Source: Haliotis rubra (lineage: Eukaryota). From it: a DNA stretch of 64,000 nucleotides. The stretch is from positions 434,001 through 498,000 of the forward strand of contig NW_025767141.1 in assembly GCF_003918875.1 (NCBI RefSeq), read 5' to 3'. Both the position numbers and the translations under genes were made by a program. Positions within the stretch are counted from its first letter, which is position 1, and every line of letters begins with the position of its first letter. The notes under the pieces are model-generated. The model saw only the letters and a list, made by a program, of their open reading frames with translations, was not told where the DNA came from and searched no databases. Below, piece after piece: positions 38,576-51,904 of this stretch.

Positions 38576-39049
38576 TCACAAGACGCATTGCATCAACATA
38601 TACATGTACATCAACATATATTTTCACATTTACTTGTGAATATTATCAAAAATAATCATTTATATACATCTACCTATCAAGCATATGAGACCAGGCACCA
38701 TATTATTTTACATCACATGTTTGTCAGTTCACAGAGAACACTTATTAGAAAGTCACTTCAACATCATCAGTGGCACTGGTAGGAAACTTGGTTACAGTGA
38801 GGGTGGAGTCTTTGTGATTTTGCGACAGAAACTTTATGATTTGTGACAGAGTCTTTGTGATTTGTCACAGAGTCTTTGCATTGATATGTGTTATGATAAG
38901 CTAAATGGTAATTATAGCTTTAGTTTGTGGAACTAAAGACTATAATATTCACAATGTATTCACTTGTGAACTAGGAGAGATAGGAATGTGTTGTTAGTGA
39001 CTCTGTGTGAGCTCATTAATTACATAGGGGTGGACAGCATGGCTCAGCT

Positions 39050-39640
39050 AATTAGTGTACTCATTGAGTCTGTTTTTGGGAGGTCTGTCTTTTGGGAGTG
39101 AACCTCCCATTTTTGTGGAAGCCAATAGTCAGCAATAATCAGCACAAGCCAATAATCAGCACTGAAATCAGCAGAAGAATTGACTGAAAAGCATCGCTCT
39201 GAGGTAAGTGGTGAATACCTGACCATTTTGAACACCGAAACATACATGGTAGTACTAGCACAATGAGATCAGCACACAAGAACCTTCCATTCCAGACAAA
39301 GTATAGCTGAATGTGCTGTCCAGAAGCATTACCACATCCAAGAATTGTAGTGGTGGAGGATGTGGGACTTGTTACCCCCAACCAAAATATTGAAGAACGT
39401 GATTTTTCTACAATGCCCTTCTCATTCACCTCCCAGATTAATTCCACTTTGCCAGACAAAACACACATATCGACATTACAGAACTCTTGAAAGAACGTCT
39501 CAGTGAACTATCGCACCAGTGTAATGATGATGGGTGAGATGTTTCCTGTTTGCCAAGATTGGTTAGAAAGTGGTACACACTGTGACTACACCTCTCTTGT
39601 ACCTGAATCCTATTCAACAAGTGCTCTTTCTTTACAGACC
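39050..39640 (-). mobile_element. pogo/Tigger-like (DDE_1) transposase relic
   Basis: VTSPTSSTTTILGCGNASGQHIQLYFVWNG resembles the DDE_1 motif TxxxCxNAxGxxxPPxxIxKG; reading frames are broken. Confidence 0.6.
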
Positions 39641-41789
39641 TGTGAAAATCCGGGTTTCAGTCTGTCTTCCCCATCACATGCCTGTCGTGAGACGCAACTA
39701 GGGTTAGTTTGCGTGCACCTTTGTTGATGGACAATACGAAGGGGATATTCTATTTAGCGATTGCTCCTGCGGCGTTCATATTGCCAATATAAACTCTAAG
39801 GTTAACTGTTATCGTAATTTTAATATCGTCTAAACACCGTACAAAGTTAGAAACAATGTACGAAAAATATATTTTACCAGCTTTTGATTATTGTGGCCAT
39901 ATCTGGGACAACTGTATAAAATAACAATGCCACCTGCGAGAAAACTTCAATCTTGACACTTTGACATGTGGAGCAGTCCGTGTAATAAACACACTTTTTT
40001 ATATAAAACGACCAAATTAACACCGGACGACATTACTGATCTTAATCCACCTACAGTGTTCGAATCCAATTTGTATAACCTATAACTAGATACCAATCCA
40101 CCGTACAAACTATACATTGCAAACAAACTATCATTAAAAGTCTCAGGAAATCTTGAAATGATAGTGTCAAGCTATGGATCGAACATGCCAACGAATATAC
40201 CAGCTGTCCTTTGTTGATGGGTTTGATATAATGTAAATGTATATGGCGTTGTATTGTCGTTATATGGCTGAAATAGTGCCTATGAACCATTTCATTTTAA
40301 ATCACATATTGTTAAATACTCGATAACACCAGAAAGCCTCAATTTTTGCATCAAGATGTCACTTATTCAGCTACTAGTGTTTGACAGATGAGCGATTGTG
40401 CTGATTGTTGTAACATGTGCAACTTGTTTATGTAGTAAAGTCCTCGCAAAATTTAACCCTCATTTGTATGAATAGTTATTTGGTTAATAGTTGTTTTGTG
40501 ACATGATTAGGTTTCATTATCGTCATCAATTCGTGTAACATAATATTTGTCATAATTTTCCTTTTTTTCAATATACATTTAGAATATTAAGCTATAATTA
40601 TTTTGGTCACGTGTTCTTGTCTAAATAGGTTTTGTATTAAAGGAACATGTGCCGTCATAATTCATCAGCTGAGCGACCAGTTGTAATCCAGCTTTCTGCA
40701 CCGACCGAGAAGGTAGGCTGTCCACTATCTGTTCCTGATACAAATCGACACCACCATAACTGAAGGGTTCGTAGTAACCTTTATTTTTCAACTCACCATT
40801 GTTTGTTTTTAAGCCACACTCTACAATACGTCGTTCCCATATGACGGTGCTCTGAACATAATGGACATCAGCATCTACTACGTGACTGGGGTACATGACA
40901 TGTATCATCAAAGCTGACGCGCAAACCCTGGCCTGTCAGTCGCCCCAAAGCCACATAAAAAGACGAAACCGTCCCGCAAACGAAATAACTACGGGAGCGG
41001 TTCCCCTAGCATGGAATCCAATGACAGTAGCGCTTACAACCTTGCCATCACCATGTAATACTGTTTACTTGACTAACGAAGGGTTCTAAACGTACGAAAT
41101 CATCAAAAGCAAAAATCAACTATAATGATAATTTGTTTGTGAGTAGGATGATGGTGGGGGTTAGGGTGGTGGGGGGAAGAGGCGATATCCTGATATCCAC
41201 TGTACTTACAAACATACACAGAGACTGGTACCTTTTAAATTAGGCTTTCCGTGCTCTTGTGAACACTACAGGACGATGAAATTGCTCCGTAATGTTACTT
41301 AGGACCAATGTGACCTCGTCCAGCTTTATGTACAGGCAAAAATGTAGAATCATGCCAATAAGTTCAAATATCTTCCTGATTAGGTTTTATTGTGCTAAGC
41401 AGCTGTGACTGCACGCGTCCGTTCAACATAGATATGCAATTCAGACACATTGTTCTGACTCAATGCCATCTTTTTCAGTCATCGCCAGGCATGTTTACAT
41501 AAACACCTTATTTTCGGTAGGACTCGGACAGCTGAACGAACCAACGACCTTTTCCATTAATACCCAGTTCACAGAGGCAGTTGTATACATAGGATTTTAA
41601 TCTGCCAGAGATTTGTCTCCATAACTCCATAGGAATCGATGGAGAAGTATAAGATCAACTGCCCGGCGAATTATATTATCTGACTGTGTTCAAACCCACG
41701 ATTGACAACAAGCAATCGCAATGTTTCATGGGTAAATTGTTCAGAAATAATCAATGAGTACAAATAATAGTTAATTTATTTGCAGAATT

Positions 41790-44059
41790 ATGTCGCAGAT
41801 GAAAGTCTCCTTCGACTATTTACGACTAACTGTCTGTGATATGTATGGTAAGTCAAAAGGAAGAATTGTTCCTAGCCACCATGCCGAACACACCTGTAGA
41901 ACTGGAGTCACAGTAGGAATAGGTATGTGTTGTCATCTGTAATGTTTCCCTTTCTGTGTTGAAATTGTAAGAATGTGGGCACTCGGCATAGCGCAGCTAA
42001 ACTAATTGGATTGGGAGGTGAGGTTGCTAGTTGACGTGTTGCCAGTTCCAGACCTATCTATACACCTCCATCATATAGCTAGAATATTACGTTAAAGAGA
42101 AGAAAAATACATTGTTAGTGAAGTTGTTTATCTTACTTAAGTTCATTTGTATATATGTGGTTATATTTTTCTTTCGTTGTTTTATGTTGTTTTCTTCCTT
42201 GTTCTCTTTGTTTTGTTTTCGTTTGAGCAGAAGAGATGGGTTGTTTGATTTCTGTTGTTTTTCATCTCGGCTGAATTTGACATTAATGCAATGGTTTTGT
42301 TTATTTTCCTGTATTTGCGCAAGTCCTTTTTCCAACTTTTATACTGTTAACCCCACGAATGAAAGCTCCCTTGTAAAATATAACTGTGTTATCCACACGA
42401 AAGCAAAACATCCCTTTTTGCTTTGTTAAAATGACAGGAATACAGTTTTAAGTTGCAGAATAACTGATCGTCGAGCCTGGACTTTTTACAGTGATATTCT
42501 GTGGTGGTAAACAACAAACACTAAGAATCATAATCATGAAAACCGCCTCCGTTGTGTAGTGGTTAGAGCGTTCGCCCGGAGAGCGGAAGTTCGTGGGTTC
42601 GATCCCCGGCCGCATCATACCAAAAGACGTTAAAATAGGGTACTTGTTGGTCCCTGCCTGGCGCTCGGCATTAATGGGTACATCAAGGACTGGCCGGCTC
42701 AGAATCAGTATAATGTGTCTGAGTGGGGTATTCATGTTTAACTGCGGCATGGTATCTCAGTGAGCTAACACTATAAAACCAGCTTAAGTCTGGGCTAGTA
42801 CAAGCAGCAAAACATACATACGCATGCACGTTGTCATATGAGCTAAATGTTCTTAAGTGCTATGTTAAACCCCATTTCACCTCACCATAACATGAATGTT
42901 TGAAAAAGCTGTATTAAAACAAACATAATCATCAGTAAAATCATCAATGTCTATAAATATTGCAGGCGTTCCAAGGGCACTTCAAAAGGGCTATGGCTTT
43001 GTAATAATTCCCGACCTCAGCACAATGAAGACTATTTCCTGGGATGGAGGTGAACAGTACAAGGTGGCCGAGGTCATATGTGATGCGTATTGGTTGAAAG
43101 ACAAGACACCTGTTACCTTTTTCCCGAGGTATGCTGCTCAACAACAGCTTCAACGATTGGCAGACAATGGGTATGCAATGTTATCAGGATTTGAGATGGA
43201 ATACATGTTGTATTATAAAGGCCTACCTGCGTCGGGGAAATCCCGAATGCATCACATGGACCATTTTACACACAGCGATTTTCTCTATGCCTTAGACAAA
43301 GGTATGCGTAATACAGGTGTTGATGTAGAGAACTTCCATACAGAGTGGGACGCTGGGCTCTACGAAAGCGTTTTGAAGGCATCCAAAGGCATCACTGCTG
43401 CTGACCAGGCTTTTACTTTTCGAAGTGGAGCCCTTCAAGTTGCAAGTAAGCATGCAGATTATGAAGTAAGCTTTAACTCAAGACAAGAAACGGGTGAAGT
43501 CGGAATGCATTACAATCATTCAGTGTTGTCGATGGAAAGTGGTGAAAATATATTCAGTGATTCAAGCAAGCCTGAAGGTATATCAGACTTGGGAAGATGT
43601 TGGCTCGCTGGACTTCTGAAACACTCGAGGGCTCTTTCAGCCTTCTGGTGTCCGACTGTATATTGTTATGATCGACTCCACCGCCCAAGGAGACCAGGGA
43701 ATATCAACTGGGCGTGTGAAAATCGTCTTTCATGTTTCCGCGTTAAAGCAGATACTGATACAATAGGGGTCTACTTTGAGAACCGGATTCCAAGTGGCAA
43801 CAGCAATCCATATCTGACTATGGCTGCCACGATAGCAGCAGGTTTAGACGGGGTATTCAATAACTTGGATTGTCCACCTGAATGCCCAGACACAGAAGAT
43901 CCATCTTCTTACTCCACAGCAGCTAATACTCTACCCACGTGTCTCCTCGAATCTCTGTCTGCTCTCCAGGCAGATACTGACATGGTGAATATTCTCGGGA
44001 AGGAGCTGGTGGAATGGTTTGTTGCAGCTGCAAATAGGCACATTGAATTAAACAGCTGA
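41790..44059 (+). CDS. Lengsin-like / GS-fold protein, copy 2, 408 aa
   Basis: Coding exons 41790-41922 and 42966-44059. Same exon lengths (133 + 1094 nt) and motifs as copy 1; open throughout. Confidence 0.93.
42541..42885 (+). mobile_element. tRNA-derived SINE family 3 (Meta/MESC-domain-like) in intron 2 of GS-like copy 2
   Basis: tRNA head (TGTAGTGGTTAGAGCG, GGTTCGATCCCC), body CATACCAAAAGACGTTAAAA...CCTGCCTGGCGCTCGGCATT, TSD CATAA(T)CATGAA. Absent from copies 1 and 3. Confidence 0.88.
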
Positions 44060-45760
44060 TACATTACTTCCAGCGAATGTATTCCAAGCCACCTATTCCC
44101 TAATATAATAGATAACTGTTTTAGTGGCAGACAATATTAGTTGAGTTACGATAATTTGTTAGGGTCTGCTTGGTTTATTCTGTAAAGTCCACAGTAAGGA
44201 GAGCCTTTCCTATGTACATCCTATATGTTGTGTGTAACCTGTGTTGTACATTCGCATGCTAAACATCGGACCCCCATTTGACGTATCTGTTTCCAAATAG
44301 CCTGATGACATCACTAACAACAACACTGCAGTATAATTAGAAAGCTGTCGACACGAATATATACAATTCCACACAAACAAAGTATGGCTTACCTGGATAA
44401 AGACAATAGTCATATAATTCCGTCATAGTTTCCATATGTAGACTATCCATAAACCATTTTGTATAAGCAAACGACAATACCATCATAGCATACAGACTTA
44501 GAACTGATCATACCATATATGTATCTGAATCCCATTCTATAGCATCCTCTCTGTTGGACTAAATTGGCCATTCTGACAAAGGAGTACTGAAGCCTCATCC
44601 AGATTCATATCCGGTCAAAGAACTCACAAATCTACAGTTCCACAATATTTCTCACATAGAGTCAGAAAATCAACATTAAATGAAAAATAAAGACATGGTG
44701 ACAGTGAATTAAAACATGATTTATTCCAAAAAGTATAAACAAGGATTCAAATGCCGATGTGACGCACTATGTGAAAATTCGTATCATTTATTTATTGAAT
44801 ATCCATTTTTAAATCAGCTAGAAAGAATTAATGTACACTCTGCTTAAGAATTAATGTACACTCTGCTTGTAATTCCGAAAATGGGTTGTGCTGCTATATG
44901 GCAACGCAGACATGTGGACAAGAATGTTAGGAGTGTACATGCATATATAATGAAAACAACACGTGAGTGAGCAGTGTTAATGTGTATACGTTTCCTTTCT
45001 ATCGTTAGATATATTTATTGAAAATAAACTTTGATGTGAAACTACTGGAAAGGGAGTTATTTTTAAAATTATGGTTAAATGTGTTCAGATATAAACTAAA
45101 GACAAAGACACCCAATTATGTTTTCATTATGTCATTAACGATTTCACTTCACAACAGATTTTGCATTCGGTGTTACTTTCGTCGTTTTCTCACTTCAGTG
45201 ATTCGTTGTAAGTCAATATGTCTATTGATTTTCAATATTCTAGCAGCGGTGGCAACAGTAGACATAAAGAATTTAAGTACATGCATTTATAAGGGGAAAA
45301 CACGGTTTGAGTCAGCAATGTTAATGTGTATACGTTTCCTTTCTGTCACTAGATATATTTATTGAAAATAAACATTCATCTGAAACTATTGAAAAGGGAT
45401 TTCTAAGTTATGATTAAATGGGTTCATTCCTTTTCATGAGAATAAAATATATCTAAATACAAACAAAAGAGCTATGGTAGTAACTATGGAAAGAGCCACC
45501 ATTTTTCTTTTTTCCAAGTAAAAACACAGATTTATGCAGGAAAATTGTTCCGATCATTTCGAGTCGGGCACATATCACAGAGCAGGGAGAATAGATTATC
45601 CCTGGACAGAGACATGCATACGTTGGGTATGAAAATCCGAAAGCTAGGCTGAAAAAGAAGTAGAACCCACGAGATTCATTTATACTGCATCTTTACATGT
45701 TGAAACTTACTGTCAGTGGTATTTTTAACATAGATTAAAACAAGTCCGATGTGATAAATA

Positions 45761-46149
45761 GGGTACCAGTCGAATTGCCCAAACTACAAAATGCCACAGC
45801 AAATTTTGTCAAATTGCCCCGGATTTTTAGTCAAATTGCCCCAGGGAGGTAGTCAAAATGCCAAAATTAATTTAAATTGATTAAATATATGCCATAAATG
45901 CATGGTTTTGTCAACTTTGATATTACGTTCTTCATGTATAAGTTATATGTACAATTATGGGTTTACTAATGGAACATTTATCAGAAATATTACTTCCTAA
46001 TAACTTTATATGAAGTAAATAATATCAATTTTGACCAAAACTATGCATTTATGGTATATATTGAATATATTTAAATACATTTGACCAAATTAAGATCAAT
46101 GACCAAATTTGCTGGGTCATTTTGTACCTGGGGCAGTTCGACTGGTATC
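45761..46149. mobile_element. Foldback MITE
   Basis: About 45-bp imperfect TIRs (GGTACCAGTCGAATTGCCC... / ...GGGCAGTTCGACTGGTATC), plus an inner inverted pair (about 45865-45925 versus 46020-46078). TA flanks. Confidence 0.8.
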
Positions 46150-46789
46150 TATGATTTCACATGAACTTGAAAATGTTTCGCTATAACTTTCGTTCCGGTT
46201 TGGAGGTCTCAATGCTGCAGTCTATCTGAAAAATTGCAGAATACAACGGTAAATCATGAAGTACATGTTACATTCATTGTTTTCCATTTTGTTCAATTAC
46301 ACATGTCGGCATCAACCTCGCTATTTGTCAAGATAGGGTGTGTCTTGAAAGTTCTGTATTTTCATTGGCTGACAGGATGTCATCCTAAGCTTATGACCGA
46401 GCACCATAACTATTTACATAAGCAAAAACTAGGGAAATATACACTGTCCTATAATTCGGGGAATAACCTATCTGCGTCGCTTATATGATCTCCACCAGGC
46501 TAGGATCTTGCATGGAGACTTCATACGTTATTAATGAGTACAAGGATCCTAATTTGTTTTTCAACCAAATAATTCCAGTGTAATTTTTATTGCAGATAAT
46601 ATCTATTTTCCCTCGTCTGAAGCATAATCATTTTTTTAAAATTGCAGGCACCCTGCAGTCAGCCATTTTACACAAAATGAACTGCAATCACAATCACAAA
46701 ATGTGGGATTGGTCATATATTTATAGGGGTGGGTGTGCTGGTTGGACTGTATCACATTTTACTGACAAATAATATTCCTGATAAATTAT

Positions 46790-47171
46790 TAGGGCTGCGC
46801 AATATAACCGGTTTACCGGTATTTACCGGTTCAGACATTAAAACGATGCGTATTGCGATACGCTGATCGAAAATCGGTATTTTGACATGCATTCGGAAAA
46901 CTTCGTAACACTCGGAAATCTTCGGATATTTCCGTTTTTTTCTTTTTCTTTTCCCTGTTTCATTAGTGCCAAATGTTACTTACATTTTTATTTTGTCATG
47001 ATTAAAAGTTTTTATAAAAGGTTAATCAATCATAGTGATTTTGTTGTGTTTTTGCTATATAATCAAGCGTTAACTCGATTATAAGTAGTTTTTGTTAAAA
47101 AATTATCGCAATATATGCTTCCGCATCGCAATATATCACAATATAAAAATTATCTGCGATACCCATCCCTA
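46790..47171. mobile_element. hAT-type MITE
   Basis: TIRs TAGGGCTG / CATCCCTA with a perfect 8-bp TSD TAAATTAT (46782-46789, 47172-47179). Confidence 0.88.
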
Positions 47172-48109
47172 TAAATTATCTGGTCTATTTTTAAAATTAT
47201 GTTGACATCAAGCGGTGCCTCCGGCTCCGTTTCACTTGATTCTTCTTATTTATCTTTACGGGAATATTGTCAAGCAAGATGGCGTCATGTCACGTGATAC
47301 CCACTGTGCTCATTAACTGTCGGATGTTTCCGTAATAGGTGAAAGAAATTGGAGTACGTTTTTTGTGCATTTAATTTTTTTTTGTGAAATGTTAGGAACG
47401 AAAGGTGACATTTAGGATGTTTTTTCCAAATATCAAAAACAATTACGTTAGTATTCTCCTTCAACTCCATTTCTTTCAAAGAATATGTAATTTCCCACAA
47501 TCCTCCTCATTTTCATTCTGGCTAAAATTGCAATGTATCCAGCTGGAGTACGTACCATGCATTAAGTGCAGCTACCGTTGTTATGTTCCTAGTATGTCGG
47601 AACAATTTCGGTTGCTCTGTAACAGGGATGAATCAAGGGATTGTATATTGTGTACATACATTTATAACTAATCATTTTCAGTTTATTCTTATTTCAGGTG
47701 ATCCGACAGACGACTTCTCTATACATTATATAGATGTTGCAATTAGTTGTCAGTCCAGCTGCATCTTGTCTTGGCCTTAATTGTTCAGTTCTGTGTCACA
47801 GGGCTGCTTTATTTTGTATTTAAGGATATCTGGATCGATCTACTTTTATGTCATTGTCTTTAGTTGTTTTAACAGTAGCCCAGGCTCAGCTTCTCAGTTG
47901 ATTGGTCTAATTTCAAATATACTTCTCACCGCCATGTTACTACTAATCAGTTGCACAACACTGTCTGTCAAGAGGACTGTTTAGAAGGTTGAATTTTGGT
48001 TAATGGTAAGTAATTATACATGTGTAATTGTGTTATACATAGCAAATTAAACTCTAATATAAATAATTTTATAAGATAGACATAAATATGTAAATCAAAT
48101 GTAAATATA

Positions 48110-49440
48110 CTGAACATCATTGAAAACGCACCACTTACAAAAGTTCAGATTACTAAAAGCACGTGTAAGGAATTGATATTAAGGTGGATAATAACAGATT
48201 GACGACTGACAAAAACAACAACACAGAAAGACGCTCATTTATTGAAATGTTCCACAGTCAGAAAGGATCAAACACATGTGGGGTCAAATCGAAAAGTCAA
48301 TATCGCGTGTAACCGCCATTTCCATTGACACACTGAAGTGCAACGTCTCCTCAATGAGTCAATAAGCGTCCGAATAGAGTTCTTGAGGATGGCATTCCAC
48401 TTCTGCAGTAGTGCAGCCTCAAGTTCCCGGATATTTCGCATCTGTCTTCCCCGAAAGACTTTGACCAATTTCGTCCCACGAGTGCCCCATGGGGGATACA
48501 TCTGGCGACTGTGCTGGCCAATGAATACCCTGGATGTGTTGCTGGGCCAGATACTGCATGGGAAGCCTAGCTGTGTGTGCCCGTGCGTTGTCCTGTTGAA
48601 AAGTATGGGTATCTTGGTGGTGATTGAAGAATGATACGATGTGATTCTGAAGAATCTGCTCACGGTAGCAAAGATATTAACTCTCCCTTGACAGACATTA
48701 GGGTCAGTTCTTTGATTATATCTTATTGCACCCAAGACCATGACACTCTCACCACCCAACGGTCTGTCTGAACCACACACTCATCAGCATAACGTTTACC
48801 ACGTCTACGCCAAACACGTAATCGGACGTCAGCATTACGTAGGTGAAGAAGTGACTCGTCAGTGACTACCACACCATGCCATTGTTGTAAACTTTACTGA
48901 AAATGCCCCTTAGCCCATTGTATACGGTCATTATGGTGTCTGTCAGTCAGAATTAGTCCAACGTAAGGACGTCGAGCATGGAGCCCTGTAGCGTGTAGAC
49001 AGCGTCGCATGGTGTCAGCGCTGATGACCCCACGTCGACCTTGAACTAGTGCAGCGTCCTGGCAGTCGGCAGTGTTTGATCACGGATATGGTCAAGGTCA
49101 ATATGGCGATCCTGACGGGAGGTCGTGACACGTTGCCAAGGTCGTTAAAGGTCACTGGTGCTACCTGTCTACTGATGTCGTCTATGAAGCCCAACGATGG
49201 TGGAGTGGCCAAGTCCAAGTTGTGGAGCAATATCCCTGCTGCTGGTGCCACCCTGAATCATGCCTAGTGCACGTCCTCTTCCGCGAGATGTTAACCTCGA
49301 CATCTCTGTCCTCGTTTCACAATCGTTAGTGAAGCAATGAGAATCGGATCTCATGCACTTCATTGATCATTGTCATGCTGAAATCCATCTTGATGAAAAT
49401 ATGGACAATTTTAGACTGGTGCGTTTTCAATGATGTTCAG
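48110..49440 (-). mobile_element. Tc1/mariner element copy C
   Basis: Same TIRs, TA flanks, degraded transposase. About 170 bp deleted upstream of the ORF relative to copy B. Confidence 0.92.
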
Positions 49441-49849
49441 TAGATTTGCACTGTATGCTATTTTACCTGTATGAATGTGTGTATGGTTGGTTTCCCTATA
49501 TGTTTAATCAATATGCTGCCTTGTAGTTCTTGTTTACGAATGCTCTGAAATCCTGAAGTGTAGCCTGGGCCTATGGCCTCCACTACAAAGCAAAAAAAAT
49601 AAATAAATAAAGATTCGTTTACGAATGCTCTGTATGATGTAAGATTGGTCTATTTCTTCAATTCTATATCTTGTTTGTAACTCCATAGTGGTAGTTTCAA
49701 GTATGTATATATGTGTATATAATTGTATATATGTGTATATTGGTATAATTGTATTATTTTATGTATTGTCTCTAATCTGTGTGTCATATTAATGTAGGGT
49801 TTTTGCACGTGTTGGCTGCTCGGCTGCTGGGTGCTTGCACACACTCCCG

Positions 49850-50227
49850 TGTCACCCACAGGGTAGGTTTCATTGCTGTTCCTATAGTCTGTTTCATGAT
49901 ATGCGACATGAAATGCCACTTGTAATTAATAGTATATGTGCTATTTTTGCTCATTACCTGCGTGAGATTATATGAGACAGGTACATTGTTTACTTCAGTC
50001 TTTATGAAGACATATGTTATTCAGACGTGTACATATGAAGACATGCGTTCATCAGATATTTATACCTTTATATATGAAGGCATGTGTTCATCACCTATGC
50101 TTTTAGCGTATACACATACATTGTGTAATTATTGCTGTTACAGAGTGTCTTCTTCTTCTTCATCCACTACGGAATAAAGATATAAACATCACAACCCGGA
50201 GCCTGTGGTTAATTACGGAGGGTAACA
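49850..50227. mobile_element. Solo-LTR-like element
   Basis: Termini TGTCACCC...GGGTAACA, with an internal TATA-like motif and AATAAA. No clean TSD. Confidence 0.5.
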
Positions 50228-50833
50228 CCACTATATCACAGTTGCACCCCTCCGGATCTGGTTCATATTCTTTTTAAAAATATATTTGTGACCATTTAGT
50301 TATCTTACTGTCCTTTGTTGATGGGTTTGGTACAATGTAAATGTATATGGCGTTATATTGTCATGATATCACTCAAAAAGTGTTCATGAAACATTAAATT
50401 TCAAATTACATCTTGTTGAATACCCGATGACAACAGTCCATGCAGGTAGCAAAGGTACTGTATATGTCCCCATGGTCCCTAGCATGATGATCTACCTTCA
50501 GTTGTTGGCGATCTATAGCCTGTTTATATATCGTATTCTCCAAATAGTGCTATCAGTTTTAACTTTCCACACTAAGTTTTTTTTGTAAATGTGATATTCT
50601 AGTTGTTTTACTGTCCTTCGTCGACAGGATTTTATGATATACATATATTCCATTGCAATGTCACTTATGTTCTCGTCACGATATGGCTGAAATATTGCCG
50701 ATGTGACGTTAAATAATAACTTTCAGCTCATAGATTGTTTAACAGATGAGCGATTGTGCCGTTAGATTGTTGTAACGTGTGCAACTTGTTTATGTTGTAA
50801 AGTGCTCGCAAAATTGATGCGAACATTTTAACT

Positions 50834-51330
50834 GAGTGAGTGTCTTTAATTCCTCCTTGATAGAAGATATAATAAAGGATAATAAAATCGTGGACATGAA
50901 GCAGGTTGGAAAATTATTCAGGTGAAGTAAGGAGGTGAAAGGAAGAGTTAATAACTGATGACTCTAAGAAAATGCCCAACGATGATGACAAATGACTTGT
51001 TGTCAAGGTCAATTTCATGTCCGCCAAAGAGAGCTAGAGTTTGACTCTCAGGGTCCATTGCGTCCAGCGTCACATATGTCAAGTACGGATTACCACATGT
51101 TCCCTCTGCTCGAGAGCACTCGGGTCCCGCTGCAGGACTTTAACAGATGTAGGGCCAGGTTGTCCAGAGTTACAATGAGGACACCTCCTTGCCTTTATGG
51201 GTGTGGTAATCAGGCGAAGCAAGCTGTAGTTCAGTTCTGTGTTTTTGGTCGTACTTGCTGAGGACCCTCAGATAGTGGGGAGAGTAGCAGCTGTGTAGCT
51301 GCAAGAACACACTCAGTTCAGGGTCGTCGT
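50834..51330 (-). mobile_element. LINE-like 3' fragment inserted upstream of GS-like copy 3
   Basis: Interrupts a block that is contiguous in copies 1 and 2; ends ATTAAAGA(CACT)n on the minus strand. Confidence 0.55.
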
Positions 51331-51904
51331 TAATTGGTTTTCATTACCGTCATCAATGGATGTGAGATAATATTTGTCATAGTTTTCCTTTTTGTTATGA
51401 TACATTTAGAATAATAAGCTATAATTGATTTGGTCACATGTTCTTATCTAAATAGGTTGTATATTAACGGAACATGTCCTACATAATTCATCAGCTGAAC
51501 GACAAGTGTAAGCCATCTTCGGCACCGTTCTAGAAGGTACGTTGTTCACTCTCTGTTCCTGATATAAGTCGACACCACCATAACCACGGTACAGAATACT
51601 GAAGGGTTCGTAGTAACCATTACTTTTTTAACTCACAATTGATTGCTGGTTAAGCCACACTCTACACAGCCTGGTTTCCGGGGTCTGATATGCTAACGCT
51701 TCGACGCTGACAACGGCAATGACTGCCGAATGGCGGCGATCACATCACTCAACAGGAACCAATGGACAGTATAATATCTTTTTTCCCTGCGAATTATCCG
51801 ACTGTGTTCAAACCCAGGATGGAAATATAACAAAGTTCTCTGGGTAAATTGTTTAGAAATAATCGAAAAATCCAAATAATGGTCAATTGTTTTTTTGCAG
51901 AACT

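Noticed and set aside
42541-42612. Possible tRNA genes (also at 15219, 19041, 23290, 10657)
   Set aside because: They have A/B boxes but no convincing acceptor stem, and they continue into repeat bodies with tails or TSDs: these are SINE heads.
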